NCBI GenBank assembly: GCA_963702435.1
Contig: CAVPCR010000001.1
Span: 1,440,001 to 1,504,000, forward strand
Reading direction: 5' to 3'
DNA from: Candidatus Eiseniibacteriota bacterium
GTDB lineage: Bacteria; Eisenbacteria; RBG-16-71-46; CAVPCR01
DNA: 64,000 nucleotides
Shown here: piece after piece, positions 60,933 through 64,000 of the stretch
How positions within the stretch are numbered: the stretch's first letter is position 1
Layout: each line of letters opens with the position of its first letter
Position numbers and translations under genes: made by a program
Notes under the pieces: generated by a model
Databases searched by the model: none
What the model saw: the letters and a program-made list of their open reading frames with translations, nothing else
Told to the model about the DNA's origin: nothing

Positions 60933-61865
60933 ATGAACGCCGCATCACTCGCCATCGAGACCGCGGGACTCCGCAAGGAGTACGGCGCGAAGGTGGCGGT
61001 CGCCGATCTCTCGCTCGCGGTCGCCCGCGGCGAGATCTTCGGCTTTCTGGGGCCGAACGGCGCCGGGAAGACGACCGCGGTCAAGATGCTCCTCGGGCTC
61101 GCAGCGCCGACCGCGGGCACGGTGCGCCTCCTCGGCTCACCCGTCGGCGACCACCGCGTGCGCGCGCGCGTCGGCTTCCTGCCCGAGCATTTCCGCTTTC
61201 ACGACTGGCTCACGGGCCGCGAGTTCCTGGCGCTCCATGCCGACCTCCATCGCATGCCGCGCGCCACCGCCGGCCGCCGCGCCGCAGAGCTGCTCGACCT
61301 GGTCGGCCTCGCGACGCACGCGGGGAAGCAGCTCCGCCACTACTCGAAGGGCATGCTGCAGCGGATCGGGCTCGCCCAGGCGCTCCTCAACGAGCCGGAG
61401 CTCGTGCTCCTCGACGAACCGACCTCCGGGCTCGATCCCGGTGGCCGTATTCTCGTCCGCGACATCCTCCGCGATCTCCGCCGCCGCGGGACTACGGTGT
61501 TCCTCAACTCGCATCTCCTCGGCGAGGTCGAGGCGGTGTGCGATCGCGTCGCCTTCGTGCGCCGCGGCGAGGTCGTCAAGAGCGGCACCCTCGCGAGCCT
61601 CGCCGACGGGCGGCTGCACGTGGCGGTCCGCGCGCGGGGGCTCACGCCCGCGGTCATCGCCGGCCTCGCCCTCCTGGCGGGCGATGTGGCCGCCGACGGC
61701 GACGCGCTCACCTTCACGGTCGCAAGCGAGGAGGCGCTTCCCGCGATCCACCGCCATCTCGTCGGCGCGGGCGTCGAGGTGTTCGCCTTCGCACCGGAGC
61801 GCCCGTCGCTCGAGGAGCTCTTCGTCGCGATCGTCGGCGCGCGCGGCCATGGCGAGGAGCTCTGA
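60933..61865 (+). CDS. ABC transporter ATP-binding protein
   Basis: GPNGAGKTT, YSKGM, LLDEPTSGLDP, NSHLL. Confidence 0.93.
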   Translation: MNAASLAIETAGLRKEYGAKVAVADLSLAVARGEIFGFLGPNGAGKTTAVKMLLGLAAPTAGTVRLLGSPVGDHRVRARVGFLPEHFRFHDWLTGREFLALHADLHRMPRATAGRRAAELLDLVGLATHAGKQLRHYSKGMLQRIGLAQALLNEPELVLLDEPTSGLDPGGRILVRDILRDLRRRGTTVFLNSHLLGEVEAVCDRVAFVRRGEVVKSGTLASLADGRLHVAVRARGLTPAVIAGLALLAGDVAADGDALTFTVASEEALPAIHRHLVGAGVEVFAFAPERPSLEELFVAIVGARGHGEEL

Positions 61866-62701
61866 TGCCGGCCACCCTCGTCATCGCCGGGCTCACCTTC
61901 CGCGAGGCGGCGCGGCGACGGATCCTCCTCGCCGCGCTCGTCCTCGGCCTCATCTTCCTCGCGGTCTACGGCTTCGGGTTCAACTTCGTCCAGCGCGAGG
62001 CGACCGATGGTGTCGCGCGGAGCCCGCTCGCCCGGAACGAGATCTGCAACTTCCTCGCGATGGCCGGGCTCTACGTCGTCAACTTCCTCCTCGTCATGAT
62101 GACCGTGCTCACGTCGGTGGACACGGTGTCGGGCGAGATCGCAAGCGGCACCATGCAGGCCGTCGCCGCGAAGCCGCTCCGGCGCCGCGAGATCCTCCTC
62201 GGGAAATGGCTCGGCTTCGCCGGCATGATGACGCTCTACCTCGTCCTCATGGCCGGGGGCGTGATGGGCATCGTCTACGCGTTCGCGGGGTACACGGTTC
62301 CGCACGCGTTCCGCGGGCTCGCCCTCCTCTGGCTGAACGGGCTCCTCCTCCTCTCGCTCTCGCTCCTCGGCGGCGCGGTCTTCTCGACGCTCACGAACGG
62401 CGTTCTCGTCTTCGGCCTCTACGGGATCGCCTTCATCGGCGGCTGGATCGAGCACGTGGGCTCGTTCATGCGGAATCAGACCGCGGTGAACGTGGGCGTC
62501 GTCGCGAGCCTCCTCTTCCCCGCCGAGGCCCTGTGGCGCCGCGCCGCGCACGAGATGCAGTCGCCCCTCGTCGCCGCACTCGGCTTCTCGCCGTTCACCT
62601 CCCCGTCGGTGCCGAGCCCGCTCCTCGTCGGGTACGCCACGGCCTACGCCGCGGTGGCGCTCGCCCTCGCCGCGCGCGAGTTCGCGCGGCGGGATCTGTA
62701 G
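61865..62701 (+). CDS. ABC-2 type transporter permease
   Basis: TGATG overlap; TFREA.RRR, EIASGT....KPL.R..ILLGK, F..RDL. Confidence 0.88.
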   Translation: MPATLVIAGLTFREAARRRILLAALVLGLIFLAVYGFGFNFVQREATDGVARSPLARNEICNFLAMAGLYVVNFLLVMMTVLTSVDTVSGEIASGTMQAVAAKPLRRREILLGKWLGFAGMMTLYLVLMAGGVMGIVYAFAGYTVPHAFRGLALLWLNGLLLLSLSLLGGAVFSTLTNGVLVFGLYGIAFIGGWIEHVGSFMRNQTAVNVGVVASLLFPAEALWRRAAHEMQSPLVAALGFSPFTSPSVPSPLLVGYATAYAAVALALAAREFARRDL

Positions 62702-62722
62702 GGCGGGCTCGCCGCCCCGCCC

Positions 62723-64000
62723 TCACTCCGCCCTGAGGCTCGCCGCCGGATCGGCGCGCACCGCGGCGCGCGCCGGGAGCCAGGCCGCAAGCAGCGACGC
62801 CGCGGCCACGACGGCGAGCGCCTCGAAGAGGACGCGCGGCGAGAGCACCCACAGGATGGTCCAGCCGAAGAACTGGCGATTGATGACGAAGACGAGGAGG
62901 AGCGCGAGCCCGATCCCGGTCACGGCACCGACCAGGAGCGCGGCGAGGCCGATCAGCAGCGCCTCGAAGAGGACCATCCGCCTGACCTGCACCGCCGTCG
63001 CGCCGATCGCGCGCAGGATCCCGATCTCCGCCCGCCGCGCCGCCACGCTCACGGTCAACGTGAAGAAGACGCCGGTCATGGCGACGATGAGCGTGATGAG
63101 CTTGAGCGTCATGGTGATGGCGAAGGTCTGATCGAACTCGCGGAGCGCCGCGGTGCGGATGTCCCGGTTCGAGCGGACGATGAGCGCGTGCTCGCGGCCG
63201 GCCGTCGCGAGGATCTCATCGCGCATGGACTCGGTCGCCGCCGGATCGTCGAGATAGAGCGCGAGCGAGTTGACCTGATCGTCGCGGAAGAGACGCGCGT
63301 AATGCGGGAGATGGAAGAGCACGAGCCCGGCGTCGCTCGAGTAGTCGTAGAAGACGCCGGCGATCGGGAGGGCGGCGGGGCCGCCGGGAGTGACGAGGCG
63401 AAGCGTGTCGCCTTCCCCGAGCCCCTGGTGGCGCGCGAGCGGCTCGCTCACGATGACGCCGCCGTCCCGCACTGCCGCAGCGAGGACCGCGCGCGCGTTA
63501 CCCTTCCGGAAGAGGAAGGTGGACTCGGCCGCGATCACATCGAGGAGCACCGCGCCGCCACGGATGCCCCGGCCACCCACCGTGAGATCGAAGCTCCGCA
63601 GGCGGTCGACGGCGCGGAGGCCGGGGCGCCCCGCGATCGCCGCGATCACATCGGGCGGGAGCACGACGGCCTCGCCCGCCGCATGGCTCGCCGGCGTCAC
63701 GTAGAGATCCGCGCGGATCGTCTGTTCGATCCACAGGTCCACGGTACGACGGAAGCTCTCGATCATGATCGAGACGCCGACCACCATGGCGATCGCCGAG
63801 CTCAGGGCGGCAATCGTCACCGCGGCGCGCCGGAGCGCGGCACGCAGCTCGCGCGCCGCGAGACGGAGGCCGACGCTCGCCGGCACGAGGGGCGCCGCGA
63901 GCGCGATGAGCGCTGCCGCTGCCGCGGGCGCCGCGAGCGCGCCGGCGACCAGGATGAGGAGCGCCGCGACGAATCCGGTCCACGGATGGCGCGCGGCGAG
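62723..64000 (-). CDS. FtsX/MacB-like ABC permease (5' truncated by window edge)
   Basis: MIESFRRTV..W....IRADLYV, EIGILRAIGAT..QV, VINRQFFGW, PA.SLRAE. Confidence 0.88.
   Translation of the reverse strand, partial: LAARHPWTGFVAALLILVAGALAAPAAAAALIALAAPLVPASVGLRLAARELRAALRRAAVTIAALSSAIAMVVGVSIMIESFRRTVDLWIEQTIRADLYVTPASHAAGEAVVLPPDVIAAIAGRPGLRAVDRLRSFDLTVGGRGIRGGAVLLDVIAAESTFLFRKGNARAVLAAAVRDGGVIVSEPLARHQGLGEGDTLRLVTPGGPAALPIAGVFYDYSSDAGLVLFHLPHYARLFRDDQVNSLALYLDDPAATESMRDEILATAGREHALIVRSNRDIRTAALREFDQTFAITMTLKLITLIVAMTGVFFTLTVSVAARRAEIGILRAIGATAVQVRRMVLFEALLIGLAALLVGAVTGIGLALLLVFVINRQFFGWTILWVLSPRVLFEALAVVAAASLLAAWLPARAAVRADPAASLRAE

Overview
High-GC bacterial chromosomal window. Secreted proteins with a C-terminal FlgD-Ig-like domain and a TWGGIK tail suggest an FCB-type or candidate-phylum host such as Eisenbacteria or Krumholzibacteria (inference). 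Housekeeping and envelope genes occupy 1-21.1 kb and 51.9-64 kb. Between them is a ~30 kb chromosomal integron on the minus strand: intI (49612-50697), a putative attI at ~49293 and about 28 cassettes with attC sites running down to ~21208. The integrase is co-directional with, and upstream of, its cassettes (inverted-integrase layout). Two features stand out. (1) A NusG paralogue (RfaH/UpxY/LoaP-like NGN+KOW protein) sits directly upstream of intI, and an ops/JUMPstart-like AGGGGCGGTAGC lies ~80 nt before the intI start codon, suggesting a dedicated antitermination system for the integron. (2) Nine gene-less cassettes (8 of the first 11 positions) in three homologous subfamilies share an internal stem with a compensatory base pair. 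Cargo cassettes include katG, a BacNav/Cav-like channel with terC, a duplicated RelE/ParE toxin-antitoxin module and methyltransferases. An ISL3 and a nested pair (IS3 containing a DDE+ExeA element) have inserted into the array. Several small frameshifts could be assembly errors. All product calls come from motif recognition by eye; no database searches were run.
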